Made by a program: the position numbers and the translations under genes. This document shows positions 48,358 through 59,209 of a DNA stretch of 64,000 bases, one piece after another (position 1 is the first letter of the stretch; each line of letters begins with the position of its first letter). Source of the stretch: Candidatus Nomurabacteria bacterium (GTDB lineage: Bacteria > Patescibacteriota > Minisyncoccia > Phycocordibacterales > UBA5272); the NCBI GenBank assembly GCA_028286645.1, contig JAQBRF010000004.1:18830-82829 (forward strand), given 5' to 3'. The notes beneath the pieces were generated by a model. That model saw nothing but the letters and a program-made list of their open reading frames with translations, was not told where the DNA came from and did no database searches.

Positions 48358-48681
48358 ATGAACTCACTCGATAAAGGTCCCCGCATGGATGACCCAGCTA
48401 CACAGGAAAATTTTAAAAAAAGAGATGGGATAGAAAAGTTATTGCGCGGTAAAATTAGTGAAATCTTTCCGGATGGTGCGAAAACTCCCTTAGATTTTGT
48501 AAGCGGGAGATTAACTAATTGCATGATTGATGCGGGTCTCGATCCCAATAATCAAAAAGATGTAATTTTTTTTAAAGGAGAAATAGAAAGAGCGTATAAT
48601 GATGTAGTCCCTGCGTATAGAGAAAATATAAGTTTAAAAAATAAATTATTTTTTTATATTCAAATAAACTGGACCCCGTAG
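48358..48681 (+). CDS. Hypothetical protein
   Basis: ORF plus the bidirectional terminator at 48665-48700. Confidence 0.3.
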   Translation: MNSLDKGPRMDDPATQENFKKRDGIEKLLRGKISEIFPDGAKTPLDFVSGRLTNCMIDAGLDPNNQKDVIFFKGEIERAYNDVVPAYRENISLKNKLFFYIQINWTP

Positions 48682-48700
48682 GGGCCCAGTTTATTTTCTC
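48665..48700. terminator. Bidirectional intrinsic terminator (AAACTGGaCCCC..GGGGcCCAGTTT) between convergent genes
   Basis: Seen in sequence. Confidence 0.5.
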
Positions 48701-48726
48701 TCAAACGAAAAAACTAAATTTACAAC

Positions 48727-48924
48727 CTACTGTGTTCCGCCAGCTGACCCACCTGTAGGAATGGTTGTATTTACATTAACTCCAGCGCTTCCTGCATTCT
48801 TACCGCGTAATGCTGGTAGTCCGAAGAATAGCGCCACAATTACTATGATTACTAATATAGCGATGATCCAACCAGTGCTACCGCTGTTATCTCCGTTCCC
48901 AGGGTTATTTATTACAGTTGTCAT
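48727..48924 (-). CDS. Small membrane protein
   Basis: Central TM helix. 65 aa. Confidence 0.3.
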   Translation of the reverse strand: MTTVINNPGNGDNSGSTGWIIAILVIIVIVALFFGLPALRGKNAGSAGVNVNTTIPTGGSAGGTQ

Positions 48925-49006
48925 ATTTTTTATTATTTAATGCTAACAACTGAACTTTACAATATTTAAGAAGAAATGCAAATGTATAACTACACAGATA
49001 AATTTA

Positions 49007-49603
49007 TTAGAATCTAACAGGTATTCTTAAAGAATCATCTCTGCTTGGGTCTCCGCTTGGGTTATCTTTATGAAGTATAAGAGTGCCGGTGGCAGTTGTA
49101 GGTTTAGAAAAGGTTAAAGTCACCGTAAATGGCACAAAGTCCGTAGTCATCCATTCACCCTGCGCTTGTGCTGGCTTCATGGTTATTTGCTTTCCATTTC
49201 CATCCATAAGTTCTACAGGAAATGATGCTTCAAAATACCAGGTTCCACGAGCCTGACCTTTTATCGTTAGGGGACTAGTTACTATTTGACTAACAGTAAT
49301 ATTATCAACTTTTATTAAATTACTTTTATCGGTTGAAGTACTAGTTGTGGGAGTACTACTCGTAGCGGTGGTTATAGCAGTTTCTATTGGAGTGCTAACT
49401 TGCTGATTTGGATTAGTGAAAATTCTGTTATCTGGAGTCTTACATGTTTGCGGGTAAGAATCTAAAATAGGATATCCGGCAGATATGCATTGCTCGTAGT
49501 TATTTACTGTTAAATACTTGTCCTGGTTATGTTTAAAATAAAAATAAACCCCAATAAGAATAATGATAATAGCTATGGCAGATAATATATTTTTTGAGTT
49601 CAT
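49007..49603 (-). CDS. Membrane-anchored protein with a Thr/Ser linker and a C-terminal Ig-like (Gmad2/GerMN-like) domain
   Basis: WYFEASFPVELMDGNGKQI...GEWMTTDFVPFTVTLTF...LILHKDNPSG pattern. Confidence 0.35.
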   Translation of the reverse strand: MNSKNILSAIAIIIILIGVYFYFKHNQDKYLTVNNYEQCISAGYPILDSYPQTCKTPDNRIFTNPNQQVSTPIETAITTATSSTPTTSTSTDKSNLIKVDNITVSQIVTSPLTIKGQARGTWYFEASFPVELMDGNGKQITMKPAQAQGEWMTTDFVPFTVTLTFSKPTTATGTLILHKDNPSGDPSRDDSLRIPVRF

Positions 49604-49769
49604 AAGTTTAAGTATACCAAATCAAGATGTATGGAACCTTCATGCTATTACACTAGTCTAAGCAAATTAAGGATGTTTGACCTTTATGTGCTTAGATGGT
49701 TAAATAAAAAAGGGGGGAATTACTGGCTCTGTTTATTAAAGTAAACAGAAATCCTAATTGAAATTAAAT

Positions 49770-50219
49770 ATGAATCCAATTGAAATAATTAAAGCTGATC
49801 ACAAAAAAGTTGAAAGTTTATTTAAGAAGTATGAAGAGCTGGGCGATAAGGCATTTAAGACAAAGAAAGACCTCGCTATGGAAATAATGAACGAACTTAG
49901 TCTGCATGCTGAAATGGAAGAAACAATTCTTTACCCAGTTCTTAAGGATAGATTTAATAAAGAGGGGGATAAGATGGTAGAAGAAGCATATGCTGAACAT
50001 GGGGTAGCAAAAGACTTAATTGCAGAACTTGAGTCACTTGATCCAGGAGATCCTCAATTTGATGCTAAGATTAAAGTTTTAAATGAAAATATAGATCATC
50101 ATGTTAAAGAAGAGGAGGAAGAGTTGCTTCCTAGAGCAGAGAAAGAATTGGCAAGAGAAGAGCTCGAAGATATAGGAAGAAAAATGAAGGAGTTTAAGGA
50201 TGAAGAAGCGAAAGAATAA
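49770..50219 (+). CDS. Hemerythrin-like (HHE cation-binding) domain protein
   Basis: IKADHKKVESLF...LHAEMEETILYPVL motif. Terminator at 50233-50272. Confidence 0.55.
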   Translation: MNPIEIIKADHKKVESLFKKYEELGDKAFKTKKDLAMEIMNELSLHAEMEETILYPVLKDRFNKEGDKMVEEAYAEHGVAKDLIAELESLDPGDPQFDAKIKVLNENIDHHVKEEEEELLPRAEKELAREELEDIGRKMKEFKDEEAKE

Positions 50220-50501
50220 TATGTATAAAATACTAAAACAGGCATAAATATTATGCCTGTTTTAGTATTGAGAAATTAAGACATGAACCTTTTTAATAGG
50301 TTTGTAATATATCTTATTTTGGTCCGTCTGGAAGAGTGTAAGGGGGAAATCTCCCAAACAAAACTGGACTTATAGGGAGATACTACAGGATCGATAAATG
50401 AAAGAATTAAGTCCAGCCTATGTGAAGAAACCATATCAGTCATATAGAATAAAAATTAGAAATAACTATTGAAAAATATTAAAAACTAATAATAAAAATA
50501 T

Positions 50502-51143
50502 ATGAAAACAACACTATTCAAAAAAACACTTATCGGTACAGGCTCAGTGGCTCTTGCGCTGGCTCTTGCGGGTAATGCAAGCGCTTTAAGTTTGGGAAGC
50601 CTAAATATCCTAGGCGAAGGTAACGGCACATATTCAGGCGCCTACTCACAAAGCGGTTCAGTAGACGCTAACTCATCTCTAAATGCCAATTCCAACACTT
50701 CCAACACTAATGCATCTGGAAATGCGAGTGCCCAGAGTTCTTCAAATGGAAATATTTCAAACGGCGAAACGTCTTCGTCCAATAGTAATCAAAGCGCTAA
50801 CGGATCTACAAGCGCAACGGCAAATTCTAATGCCAACACAAATGATAATACATCATTACGCGGATCACTAAACGCAATGCTGCATGGAAGGAGCAATGTT
50901 CAAACAAATTCACAGACAAATAGAAATGTTCAAAGTGGAATGAACTCAAGTTCCAATGGAAGTATTTCTGGAAGCGTAAATACTAACGCAAATGTGGACG
51001 GGTCTCTAAATTCATCTACAGATGCAAATTCAAATGGGGGTAATAGCGGATTCTTCGCTCATCTAAGCGCATGGTTTAACGCAATGCTACATGTATTTGC
51101 TTCTACAGATTCCAATATACAAGTTTCCGCTAATTCAAGATAA
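50502..51143 (+). CDS. Secreted Ser/Asn-rich low-complexity protein
   Basis: Signal peptide + SNxS repeats. Terminator at 51166-51190. Confidence 0.4.
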   Translation: MKTTLFKKTLIGTGSVALALALAGNASALSLGSLNILGEGNGTYSGAYSQSGSVDANSSLNANSNTSNTNASGNASAQSSSNGNISNGETSSSNSNQSANGSTSATANSNANTNDNTSLRGSLNAMLHGRSNVQTNSQTNRNVQSGMNSSSNGSISGSVNTNANVDGSLNSSTDANSNGGNSGFFAHLSAWFNAMLHVFASTDSNIQVSANSR

Positions 51144-51191
51144 AATCTAAATTAGTCGGAAATACAAAAAAGCCCGCGATGGGCTTTTTTG

Positions 51192-52226
51192 TTATGTGAA
51201 TAGCAAATCACTCTCTTTAAAAACAGCGATGCCATACTCCCAATTGTTTTCTGTGGCACTTTCTCTTTCTTTTGATCGGGCTTGGTAAAATAAATAAATT
51301 TTATCTTGCTCTATAATGAGCGCCGCGTGACCATTCTCGCCGGACTCCCAGCTTTCTAAATTTTCATTTAAGATTGGACCTAATGTTTGATATGGGCCTG
51401 TACACTTTTCTGAAATAGCAAAGAAGACTCTTTGCCTTGTTCCAAAGGATCCATACGGCAAAAAACATGTTGCATTAAGCAGGAATTTGCCATTATTAAG
51501 CTTGGCTATTTGAGGCCCTTCGATTCCCCATTCGTACATCGGATCGTCTTTACGGTTATGGTGAGAAGCAATTTCTTCATGATCTAAAATCTTCCCCAGG
51601 CTTTTCCATGGACCACTCCACCGATCGGATTCGCTTACTGCGAGATGTACATCTGGTTGTGGGCGGACTATTTCCCTTCCGGAAATAGTTGTAGATTTTA
51701 CAAGGTTACCACTATTATCTGTCGCAGAATAAACGATGTACTTTTTTTCATCTAAACAAAAGGGGTGGGGATCATATATCCCAAGAGCGTGTTCTGCCGA
51801 CGAAAGGACGCGATTTATTTTAGTAAAGATGCTTCCGTCTGGAGAGGTTAGATACTCTATGCCGCTATTAAGAACCGTAAAATCTGTTTGCAAAAACATA
51901 TGAAACAGTTTTGCTTCAGAATCATAAATTACTCCCGGCGCGCACACTCTCTTTCCTAATATGCTATTTTCATCCATTCCTATTAAAACTACGCTATCTT
52001 CTTCTGACCACGGACCTTCCAAATTTGGCGAAGTGGCGTGAAGGACTTCCCATTCTTCTGGGCGCACATCGCCTCCTGAGCCAAATATATGATATAACTT
52101 TCCGTCAAAAACTGGGCAGGGATCCTTCACATCTTTGTACTTTGAAGATTTAAACAAGGGGCCAAATTTATTAGTTGGATTTATTTTCTTATGCCGATGT
52201 TCCGTAAAAATTAAAGCCTCGTTCAT
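51192..52226 (-). CDS. Five-bladed beta-propeller glycosidase-like protein (GH43/GH130/DUF377 clan)
   Basis: DPCPVFDGKLYHIFGSG, DPHPFCLDEKKYIVYSA and further W/D-rich blades. Family-level call only. Confidence 0.35.
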   Translation of the reverse strand: MNEALIFTEHRHKKINPTNKFGPLFKSSKYKDVKDPCPVFDGKLYHIFGSGGDVRPEEWEVLHATSPNLEGPWSEEDSVVLIGMDENSILGKRVCAPGVIYDSEAKLFHMFLQTDFTVLNSGIEYLTSPDGSIFTKINRVLSSAEHALGIYDPHPFCLDEKKYIVYSATDNSGNLVKSTTISGREIVRPQPDVHLAVSESDRWSGPWKSLGKILDHEEIASHHNRKDDPMYEWGIEGPQIAKLNNGKFLLNATCFLPYGSFGTRQRVFFAISEKCTGPYQTLGPILNENLESWESGENGHAALIIEQDKIYLFYQARSKERESATENNWEYGIAVFKESDLLFT

Positions 52227-52269
52227 ATTGTTATATTAACATTTTAATATTTCTAGTATAATAGGCACC

Positions 52270-52506
52270 ATGAACCCCCAAGAAGAAATTGGTGAATTAA
52301 CTGATCAGATTGAGGAACTTAAGGAAGAAATAAAAGAATCAAATTCAGCCAAGAGGGTATTCTTAAGAGGTATTGTAATGGGGATTGGAACTTTTATCGG
52401 AGCCACCATTCTTGCTGCTATAATTATAGGAATTATATTAAAAGTTCTCGGCTGGGTTGGGATTCGAGAGGTGGTGTTAAATTTTATAAATTCTCTTAGT
52501 CAATAA
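52270..52506 (+). CDS. Small membrane protein
   Basis: Acidic N-terminus + TM. Confidence 0.3.
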   Translation: MNPQEEIGELTDQIEELKEEIKESNSAKRVFLRGIVMGIGTFIGATILAAIIIGIILKVLGWVGIREVVLNFINSLSQ

Positions 52507-52535
52507 TTTACCATTTTTAATGGGTGTAAATGAAG

Positions 52536-52898
52536 TTATGGGAGGGCTCTTATAGTGAATGAATTTATAGAAATTTTTCCATTGGTGCCTGTCTTATAAG
52601 TAAAATCAGCCATATAGTTATTGTGTCCATCTTCATAATATACGTTACCATACCCATCTTTGCTTGAAATATTAGTTACGTAATATCTGCCGCCTAATTG
52701 TTCCTTAACGGGAGATAGAGAAGAAATATTCGCTGTAACATACTCATTAATAGTTTGTTTCGAGGTTGTATCGCCAGAAGATGAGAGATACGTAGCATCT
52801 TCGTAACGGGCTACTGTTTTATTTACATAATAGGCACCTGCAATTAGGATTAATATTAACGCTAAAACAAGGCTTAGGATGGTTTTATTCGTTTTCAT
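52536..52898 (-). CDS. Small secreted/membrane-anchored protein
   Basis: N-terminal TM. Confidence 0.3.
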   Translation of the reverse strand: MKTNKTILSLVLALILILIAGAYYVNKTVARYEDATYLSSSGDTTSKQTINEYVTANISSLSPVKEQLGGRYYVTNISSKDGYGNVYYEDGHNNYMADFTYKTGTNGKISINSFTIRALP

Positions 52899-52985
52899 AA
52901 ATATTATGGTATCACATGAGCCACGCTGATAATTAGGCTGAGGATTATTATTTGTAATTTATTGGGTTACGTGTAAACTTTATAT

Positions 52986-54146
52986 ATGAAAAAAGATTAC
53001 TCTAAAAGTGCTATTGAATTACATAAGAAATACAAAGGAAAGCTAAGCACCGTCTCTCTTGCCAAGTTACAGAATAAAGACGATTTATCGGTTCTTTATA
53101 CTCCCGGAGTGGCAGCTGTATCGCTTGCTATCGCTAAAGATAAAAAGCTTGCTAGAGTTTTGACCATGAAAGGTAGAACAATTGCAGTGGTTACTGATGG
53201 GTCCGCAGTGCTCGGGCTTGGGAATATTGGACCGGAAGCGGCGCTTCCTGTAATGGAAGGGAAGTCAGTGCTGTTTAAGGAATTTGGAGGATTAGATTCT
53301 GTTCCTATAGTGCTAGGGACTCAAAATGTAGAAGAAATAATATCCATAGTAAAGGCGATCTCGCCAGGGTTCGCTGGTATAAACTTAGAAGACATATCGG
53401 CTCCGAGATGCTTTGAAATTGAAAGCCGATTAATAGAAGAGTTAGATATCCCGGTGATGCATGACGACCAGCATGGTACGGCAATTGTAGTATTGGCAGC
53501 ACTTATTAATTCTTTAAAGATTACAAAGAAAAAAGCAGAAGATGTAAAAGTTGTAATTTCAGGGGCCGGCGCTGCTTCTACAGCGACGCTTAAGCTTTTA
53601 CTAAAAGCAGGAGTTAAGCCAAAAAATGTTTTAATTCTTGATTCAAAAGGAATTATTCATATAAAAAGAGAGGATTTAAATAATGAAAAAATAAATTTGT
53701 GTAAACTTTCAAATGGAAAGCATGAAGGAGGGGACTTGGAAAAAGCCTTGATAGGAGCGGATGTATTTATCGGCATGTCTATGGGGAATATTTTAAAAAA
53801 AGAATGGGTAGAAACCATGAATGATAATCCGATAATTTTCGCTCTCGCTAACCCGGTTTCGGAAATATCATATGAAGATGCTTTAAAAACAAAAGCAAAA
53901 GTTATAGGAACTGGACGATCTGATCACCCTAATCAAATTAACAATGTCCTTGCTTTCCCCGGAGTATTCCGCGGAGCAATAGATAGCGGTGCGAAAAGAA
54001 TTACAGATAAAATGAAAATCGCGGCTGCGCACGCAATCGCCAGTTTAGTTTCTAAAGTAGAGCTTAGCAAAGGAATAATTATTCCTGATCCATTTAATAA
54101 AAAAGTGGCAAAATCAGTAGCGGCAGCTGTAGCTAAGGCGAAGTAA
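52986..54146 (+). CDS. NAD(P)-dependent malic enzyme (short form)
   Basis: LSVLYTPGVA, VVTDGSAVLGLGNIGP and the GAGAA Rossmann motif. Confidence 0.8.
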   Translation: MKKDYSKSAIELHKKYKGKLSTVSLAKLQNKDDLSVLYTPGVAAVSLAIAKDKKLARVLTMKGRTIAVVTDGSAVLGLGNIGPEAALPVMEGKSVLFKEFGGLDSVPIVLGTQNVEEIISIVKAISPGFAGINLEDISAPRCFEIESRLIEELDIPVMHDDQHGTAIVVLAALINSLKITKKKAEDVKVVISGAGAASTATLKLLLKAGVKPKNVLILDSKGIIHIKREDLNNEKINLCKLSNGKHEGGDLEKALIGADVFIGMSMGNILKKEWVETMNDNPIIFALANPVSEISYEDALKTKAKVIGTGRSDHPNQINNVLAFPGVFRGAIDSGAKRITDKMKIAAAHAIASLVSKVELSKGIIIPDPFNKKVAKSVAAAVAKAK

Positions 54147-54224
54147 TAAATATTCTTGAAATATTATGTGTATGTAGTTCGTCTCCTTATATATCGGGAC
54201 TTATAAGCTTATTGATGCATAATT

Positions 54225-55484
54225 ATGAAAACAACATGGGAAGAATACAGAAACATTGAAGAATTTCCATCTTTAACTAAATCTGCAAGTCCAGACGTAG
54301 TAATAGTGGGAGGCGGAATGGCAGGGCTTTTATCTGCATACTTAATATCAAAAGAAGGGAAAAAAGTAATTATTTTAGAAAAGGGGAGGATTGCTGCTGG
54401 AGTAACCATGTATACCACGGCATTTTTAACCCACTCTCTTGATACGGATTATACAGACTTAATAAAGATATATGGTAATAAGAATGCGAAAACTATTATA
54501 GATTCTCATAGAAAGGCGATTGATCTTATAGAGCAGATAGTGAGGGACGAAAGAATAGATTGCGACTTTACGAGATGTTCGAATTATATTTATGCAAATT
54601 CTAAAAAAGATACCAAAGGATTTGAAGATGAATTAAATGCTATAAAAGAGTTAGGAGGAAAGGGGAAGATTATTCAACAGGTAAACGACTTAGGATTTAA
54701 AAATGCAGGATATCTTGAAATACAAAATCAAGCGAAATTTAATCCTCTTAAATTCGTATCAGCCCTTTTAAAGACACTTAAGAAAATGGGGGTAAAGATC
54801 TATGAAAATACTGAGGTTGTAAAAGTTGGAAGTGATGGAGATACTGGGGAAGTAGAAACAAAAAGTAAAATCATACTTCTTCCTAAATGGGTAATAGTTG
54901 CAACTTATGAGCCCCTTGATCAGCCTTTAAGATTATTCTTTAAAAAGGGTCTTTATGTTTCCTATGTGCTTGAAGCAGAGCTTAAAAATATAAAGATTAA
55001 AGAAGGGACATATGAAGATACATATAATCCATATCACTATTTTAGGATTGACGAAGTTAATGGCACACAAAGGTTAATAGCAGGAGGAGAGGATCATCGC
55101 CAAGAAATAAAAATGGCAGAAAGCAAAAACTTTAATTCTCTTAAAGAATATTTAGATAAAACAATCGGGAAGGAAAACTATAAAGTTACAAAGAAATGGC
55201 GGGGGCCTATATTAGAGCCCGTAGACGGAATAGCACATATTGGCAGGCTTGATCCTGAGAATGTTCTGTATGCGATGTCTTTCTCGGGAAATGGTATGAC
55301 CTACTCCGGAATATCCGCTATTATTTTTTCAGATATTATTTCTGGAAGAAAGAGTAAATATGAGAGAATTTACTCCCCAAAAAGAATTCCAAACTTTCAG
55401 TCTTTGCTTACTAAAGGTAAGGACTATGGGGAGGAATTTGTTAAAGGTGCGCTTAAGAATATTGTTATACAAAGAAAGAGGTAG
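54225..55484 (+). CDS. FAD-dependent oxidoreductase (DAO family)
   Basis: DVVIVGGGMAGLLSAYLISKEGKKVIILEK dinucleotide-binding motif. Confidence 0.65.
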   Translation: MKTTWEEYRNIEEFPSLTKSASPDVVIVGGGMAGLLSAYLISKEGKKVIILEKGRIAAGVTMYTTAFLTHSLDTDYTDLIKIYGNKNAKTIIDSHRKAIDLIEQIVRDERIDCDFTRCSNYIYANSKKDTKGFEDELNAIKELGGKGKIIQQVNDLGFKNAGYLEIQNQAKFNPLKFVSALLKTLKKMGVKIYENTEVVKVGSDGDTGEVETKSKIILLPKWVIVATYEPLDQPLRLFFKKGLYVSYVLEAELKNIKIKEGTYEDTYNPYHYFRIDEVNGTQRLIAGGEDHRQEIKMAESKNFNSLKEYLDKTIGKENYKVTKKWRGPILEPVDGIAHIGRLDPENVLYAMSFSGNGMTYSGISAIIFSDIISGRKSKYERIYSPKRIPNFQSLLTKGKDYGEEFVKGALKNIVIQRKR

Positions 55485-55562
55485 AACTTCAGTCGAAAGT
55501 CTCCGAATAATCTTTAATGGAGTTATATGTAATTAAATAAGTAAATCCAGAACTCTTGGATT

Positions 55563-55904
55563 TTAGTGTATTGCTTTGTTTTTTACTTCAATAGTTTTCA
55601 TTTCTAGCTCCTTTAGAAATTGATATTTGTCCCATAGCGGGGTGTTTGGTATAAGCTTTTTTTCTGATTTTCTGAATTTTGGGTCATTCTCTTCCATAAC
55701 CCCAGCCTGCATGAGTATTACTTGTTTTTCATATTTGATCATCTCTAAGGCACGGTTCACCATTCCAGCATTTACAAACCTTAAGTTTTGATTAGAAAAT
55801 TCATTCTTGTATGCTTTTTCTTTTTCTGCTTCACTGGTTACGGGTTCTTGCGGTGATAATTCGGGGGATGCATTAAATGGATTAAACATATTTTGATTAA
55901 ACAT
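55563..55904 (-). CDS. Hypothetical protein
   Basis: ORF only. Confidence 0.3.
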   Translation of the reverse strand: MFNQNMFNPFNASPELSPQEPVTSEAEKEKAYKNEFSNQNLRFVNAGMVNRALEMIKYEKQVILMQAGVMEENDPKFRKSEKKLIPNTPLWDKYQFLKELEMKTIEVKNKAIH

Positions 55905-56058
55905 ATTAATAGTGTATCATTTTCAAATTAGAAGCAAAACAGTTGTTCACATATGGGAGTACTATGAAATAACCCCGTATTTCCTTGCTTTTTGTGTATA
56001 CGGTCCCATTTTAACCTCGCTGCAATGCTAAGGAAGTCAAGAAAAAGAAACCTTTGTT

Positions 56059-56541
56059 TTAGTTAGCGGCAGTGAGGAAGGAGTTTAGTTTGCCTAGTTG
56101 CTGTGTGAAACCAGCCTCCATTCCTTGCACCGCCATCTGAGCCTCTGGACCAGTTTTGTAAATAACGGCTTTAATGCTGACTTTAGTTTTGCCATCCTCT
56201 TCAGAAAAGGTGATTTCTGTCATTTGGTCAATCATAGTTTCTTCCTTTTTCCCCTCAGTCCAAGCGTTAGCGTTATAAGAAAGCCTAGAGTTTGGAACTA
56301 CCTCTGTAAATTCTGCAAGCATCGGCCACTTTAAGCCCTTATAAGGCCCCATGCCAACTCCTGCTTCCATAACTATATAAAATTTACCTCCCCTTCGTAG
56401 ATCGACTTCGCATAGAGGTATCGTTACATTATTCGGACCCCACCACTTTTTTAGCATTTCTGGATCAGTCCAAGCTTTCCATACTGATTCTAAGGAAGCG
56501 TCGTAAATTCTTTCTATTGATAATTCTTTTATATTTTCCAT
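56059..56541 (-). CDS. SRPBCC / Aha1-domain protein
   Basis: ERIYDASLESVWKAWTDPEMLKKWW pattern. Confidence 0.55.
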   Translation of the reverse strand: MENIKELSIERIYDASLESVWKAWTDPEMLKKWWGPNNVTIPLCEVDLRRGGKFYIVMEAGVGMGPYKGLKWPMLAEFTEVVPNSRLSYNANAWTEGKKEETMIDQMTEITFSEEDGKTKVSIKAVIYKTGPEAQMAVQGMEAGFTQQLGKLNSFLTAAN

Positions 56542-56602
56542 ATATTTATTTATTATTTTTGTTTATCTTTCAAACTTAGTAATCATTAAACTTGTTTAAA
56601 GT

Positions 56603-57313
56603 TTAATGTGCAACCGTTTCGGCATCGCCGGATTCTATCGCATCTTTGATCCGTTCTGCTATATATTCAGGAGAGTCTGCCTGAGGCAAGTTTCCGCGAT
56701 TCCTTGATGCCATGCCGACGGCCACCTCATCGCTTTTGATAGCATTTTTCCCAAAGTCCGTATCAGTTAATCCTGGAAGCATAATCCCTACGATAATATT
56801 ATCTTTTGCAAGTTCTGCTCGTGCGGTAAGCGATATAGCATTTAATGCATACTTGGTAGATGCATATGCTCCAAGATAGGGGATATAAGCGCGCGTTACG
56901 AGTGAGCTTATGTTTAAAATCATACCGCCACCTTGTTCCCGCATATGAGGAATTACCTTTTGCATGGCGATGAGAACACCGACTACATTTAATTCAATTA
57001 CTTTTTTGTATTCGAGAGCGTTAACTTTTTCTATAGCTCCATATATTCCTTGTCCGGCATTATTTATAAGGATGTCGATGCGACCGAATTGTTTAATGGT
57101 TGTGTTTATTAAATTATTTATATCATCTTCGCTAGTCATGTCGGCCATTATTGGGAATGAGTTCGGGATTTCCTTAGAAATTTCTTCGAGTTTATCTTTT
57201 GACCGTGCTGATAGTACGACAGTTGCGCCTTCGCTTGCCAAGAGTCTCGCAGTTGCTAAACCAATGCCATAGGATGCTCCTGTTATAATGATGACCTTAT
57301 TTTTTATTTCCAT
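56603..57313 (-). CDS. Short-chain dehydrogenase/reductase (SDR)
   Basis: TGASYGIG Rossmann motif, NNAG, and YxxxK (YASTK). Confidence 0.75.
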   Translation of the reverse strand: MEIKNKVIIITGASYGIGLATARLLASEGATVVLSARSKDKLEEISKEIPNSFPIMADMTSEDDINNLINTTIKQFGRIDILINNAGQGIYGAIEKVNALEYKKVIELNVVGVLIAMQKVIPHMREQGGGMILNISSLVTRAYIPYLGAYASTKYALNAISLTARAELAKDNIIVGIMLPGLTDTDFGKNAIKSDEVAVGMASRNRGNLPQADSPEYIAERIKDAIESGDAETVAH

Positions 57314-57467
57314 ACTTTTATCTTACAACAAATTGAATGAAAAAGAAAAATCCAATTAACCAAGTACTATAATTCCTAGCTATTTTTACTATTTTGCTTC
57401 GCATCTTAATAAATCTGTAAACTTACTTGGATTGCATATAAATAAAAACACCCTCGAAAATCGAGGG

Positions 57468-57731
57468 TCATTCTACAAGCTCTACACTGACGAATTCGTA
57501 CTTGTCCGTTGCGTTACGAGCCAGCTGTTCCACCTCAGTTGGTGTTAGCTGTTCGTCTACATCCGCCGTGCAAGTTATCACGTGCGGTCTTTCCGCGAAA
57601 GGACTTTCCTTCGGATCGTGGTAAGTCGCTATCCACCTTCTTTTCCCTTCCGGCGGATTATTCGGAAGGGATTGGTCCTGTGAAAAGGTTTTCATACTTG
57701 TCTCCGTTACTGTACTCCTTAAAACTAGCAA
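57468..57731 (-). CDS. Hypothetical protein, high-GC
   Basis: Terminator CCCTCGAaaatCGAGGG + T-run directly downstream at 57442-57468. Confidence 0.35.
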   Translation of the reverse strand: MLVLRSTVTETSMKTFSQDQSLPNNPPEGKRRWIATYHDPKESPFAERPHVITCTADVDEQLTPTEVEQLARNATDKYEFVSVELVE

Positions 57732-57812
57732 TTGCAGAAGCGGGAGTCAAGGAAATAAAAAGCCGCCCCTCGTCCGAAGAAAAGGTTTGGCTTTTCTCAG
57801 AACGAAGAGCGG

Positions 57813-58157
57813 TTACCAACTGTAATGGGAAGGGTCGTTGCTCACCGGAATTTCGTGCGCAGGATCGAAACCCCACTTCCTTACTTCGTAATCCCGGAGG
57901 AGAACGAAGTACTTGAGTGAAGGTTTCCCGTCCGGCTCGCAGTGCGCCGGCGATGAGCAGATGATGGTCGAAGGTATAAAACCTGCTTTCCGCCAGATCG
58001 GATCGTATGCCTTCGGCATGAGGTATAGTGGTTCATTGCGATGAACCCACCATTCCACCATGTCTTTTCCGACGCTGTAAGTGCAGCCGCCGATCATGGC
58101 AAGCAGGAAAGCACCCGCTGCCCAACCTTTCAAGTTATCAATCATTTCGCGATTCAC
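57813..58157 (-). CDS. Hypothetical membrane-anchored protein, high-GC, GTG start after GAAGGAGG
   Basis: Driven by promoter cassette copy b (58192-58228). Confidence 0.45.
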   Translation of the reverse strand: MNREMIDNLKGWAAGAFLLAMIGGCTYSVGKDMVEWWVHRNEPLYLMPKAYDPIWRKAGFIPSTIICSSPAHCEPDGKPSLKYFVLLRDYEVRKWGFDPAHEIPVSNDPSHYSW

Positions 58158-58191
58158 TCGGCGCCTCCTTCATTGTAAGCAGAGAAATGTT

Positions 58192-58228
58192 CAATTACTA
58201 ATATATCATATATACTGGTAATTGTCAA
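58192..58228 (-). promoter_or_regulatory. sigma70 promoter TTGACA-17-TATATT with a palindromic spacer (promoter cassette copy b)
   Basis: Minus-strand read: TTGACAattaccagtatatatgaTATATT. Confidence 0.5.
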
Positions 58229-58232
58229 TATC

Positions 58233-58253
58233 TTGCTCCGCGGTAGGGGTATC
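58233..58253 (-). repeat. tRNA 3'-end-like fragment (TTGCTCCGCGGTAGGGGTATC), att-like remnant
   Basis: Similar to the tRNA-Asn 3' end TTGCTCCGTGGGTAGGGATCG. Confidence 0.4.
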
Positions 58254-58479
58254 TTCCACTAGTAAATTTTTGTCGTCACAAAAAATTTCTCGCGGACCGC
58301 TCCTCGCCATTTTTACTGCTGTAAAAATACTACTGCGGACTTTCGATCCCTACACGCATGTGAAGCAGTTCACGTGCTCCACGTAGCTCAAAAAATCAAA
58401 GGCCGCCATTTCTGGCGACCTAAGATTTTACTAGCTCCAAGGGTTGATCACTAGGAGAATTTTTTTTGGAAAAAGAAAA

Positions 58480-58716
58480 CTATGCTATTAACCGGGGGTT
58501 AGGGGGATTAGAATTAGCTAGTTTTTCAAAATCTTCATTACTCATTCCTACATTTTTAGCTAAAGTTTCTGCATACTCAAACCAATCTTTTTGTAAATAA
58601 TTCTTAATGCCTCTGATGGTTTCTTCTCTATAGATCTCATCTTTTAGAAATCGTTCTGGATCACCCTTTACGTCTATTGTCGGTTCCCTATTTTCTTGAT
58701 TTTGATTGAATTGCAT
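58480..58716 (-). CDS. Hypothetical small protein
   Basis: ORF + downstream terminator at 58392-58420. Confidence 0.3.
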   Translation of the reverse strand: MQFNQNQENREPTIDVKGDPERFLKDEIYREETIRGIKNYLQKDWFEYAETLAKNVGMSNEDFEKLANSNPPNPRLIA

Positions 58717-58776
58717 ATATATTGTTTAGTATATATTTAGTGTGGCAAAGTATATAAAGACTTACTACAAGCTTGT

Positions 58777-58798
58777 TTTGCTCCGCACCTGGGACGAT
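58777..58798 (-). repeat. tRNA 3'-end-like fragment (TTGCTCCGCACCTGGGACGATC), direct repeat of 60028-60048
   Basis: 21/22 identical to the copy at 60028. Confidence 0.45.
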
Positions 58799-59209
58799 CT
58801 TTGAACTTACTTGTGGAAAAGACAGGGAATAATCAACTTAGTTTATTAGAAAAAGCAATGTTAGAATATATCTAAAGGAGGGTGGCCCATGAACACCATG
58901 CGGAGTTTGCTTGGCATGATTTGTACTGAAGCATCTGAAGGGATAGGAAAAGGATCTCCGGAAGGAGTTCCTCCGGAAGTCCGGACTAAGTCCACTCTTC
59001 CCCCGATGAAATTCGATTCCGAGCTTTTCTGTAATCCCGACGGAACACCAGACTCAGAAGAGTAATCTCCTGCATCTGTTCTCACGAGAGTGACGAGCAG
59101 GTGCAGGATTTTTATTTTGTGCGGTATGGTGATCAGATGTGTATTTTGAAGATATATAAAAAGAAACCGCCCGAACAGACGCGGTGTCTTTTCGAGCGGT
59201 GGGGCACTT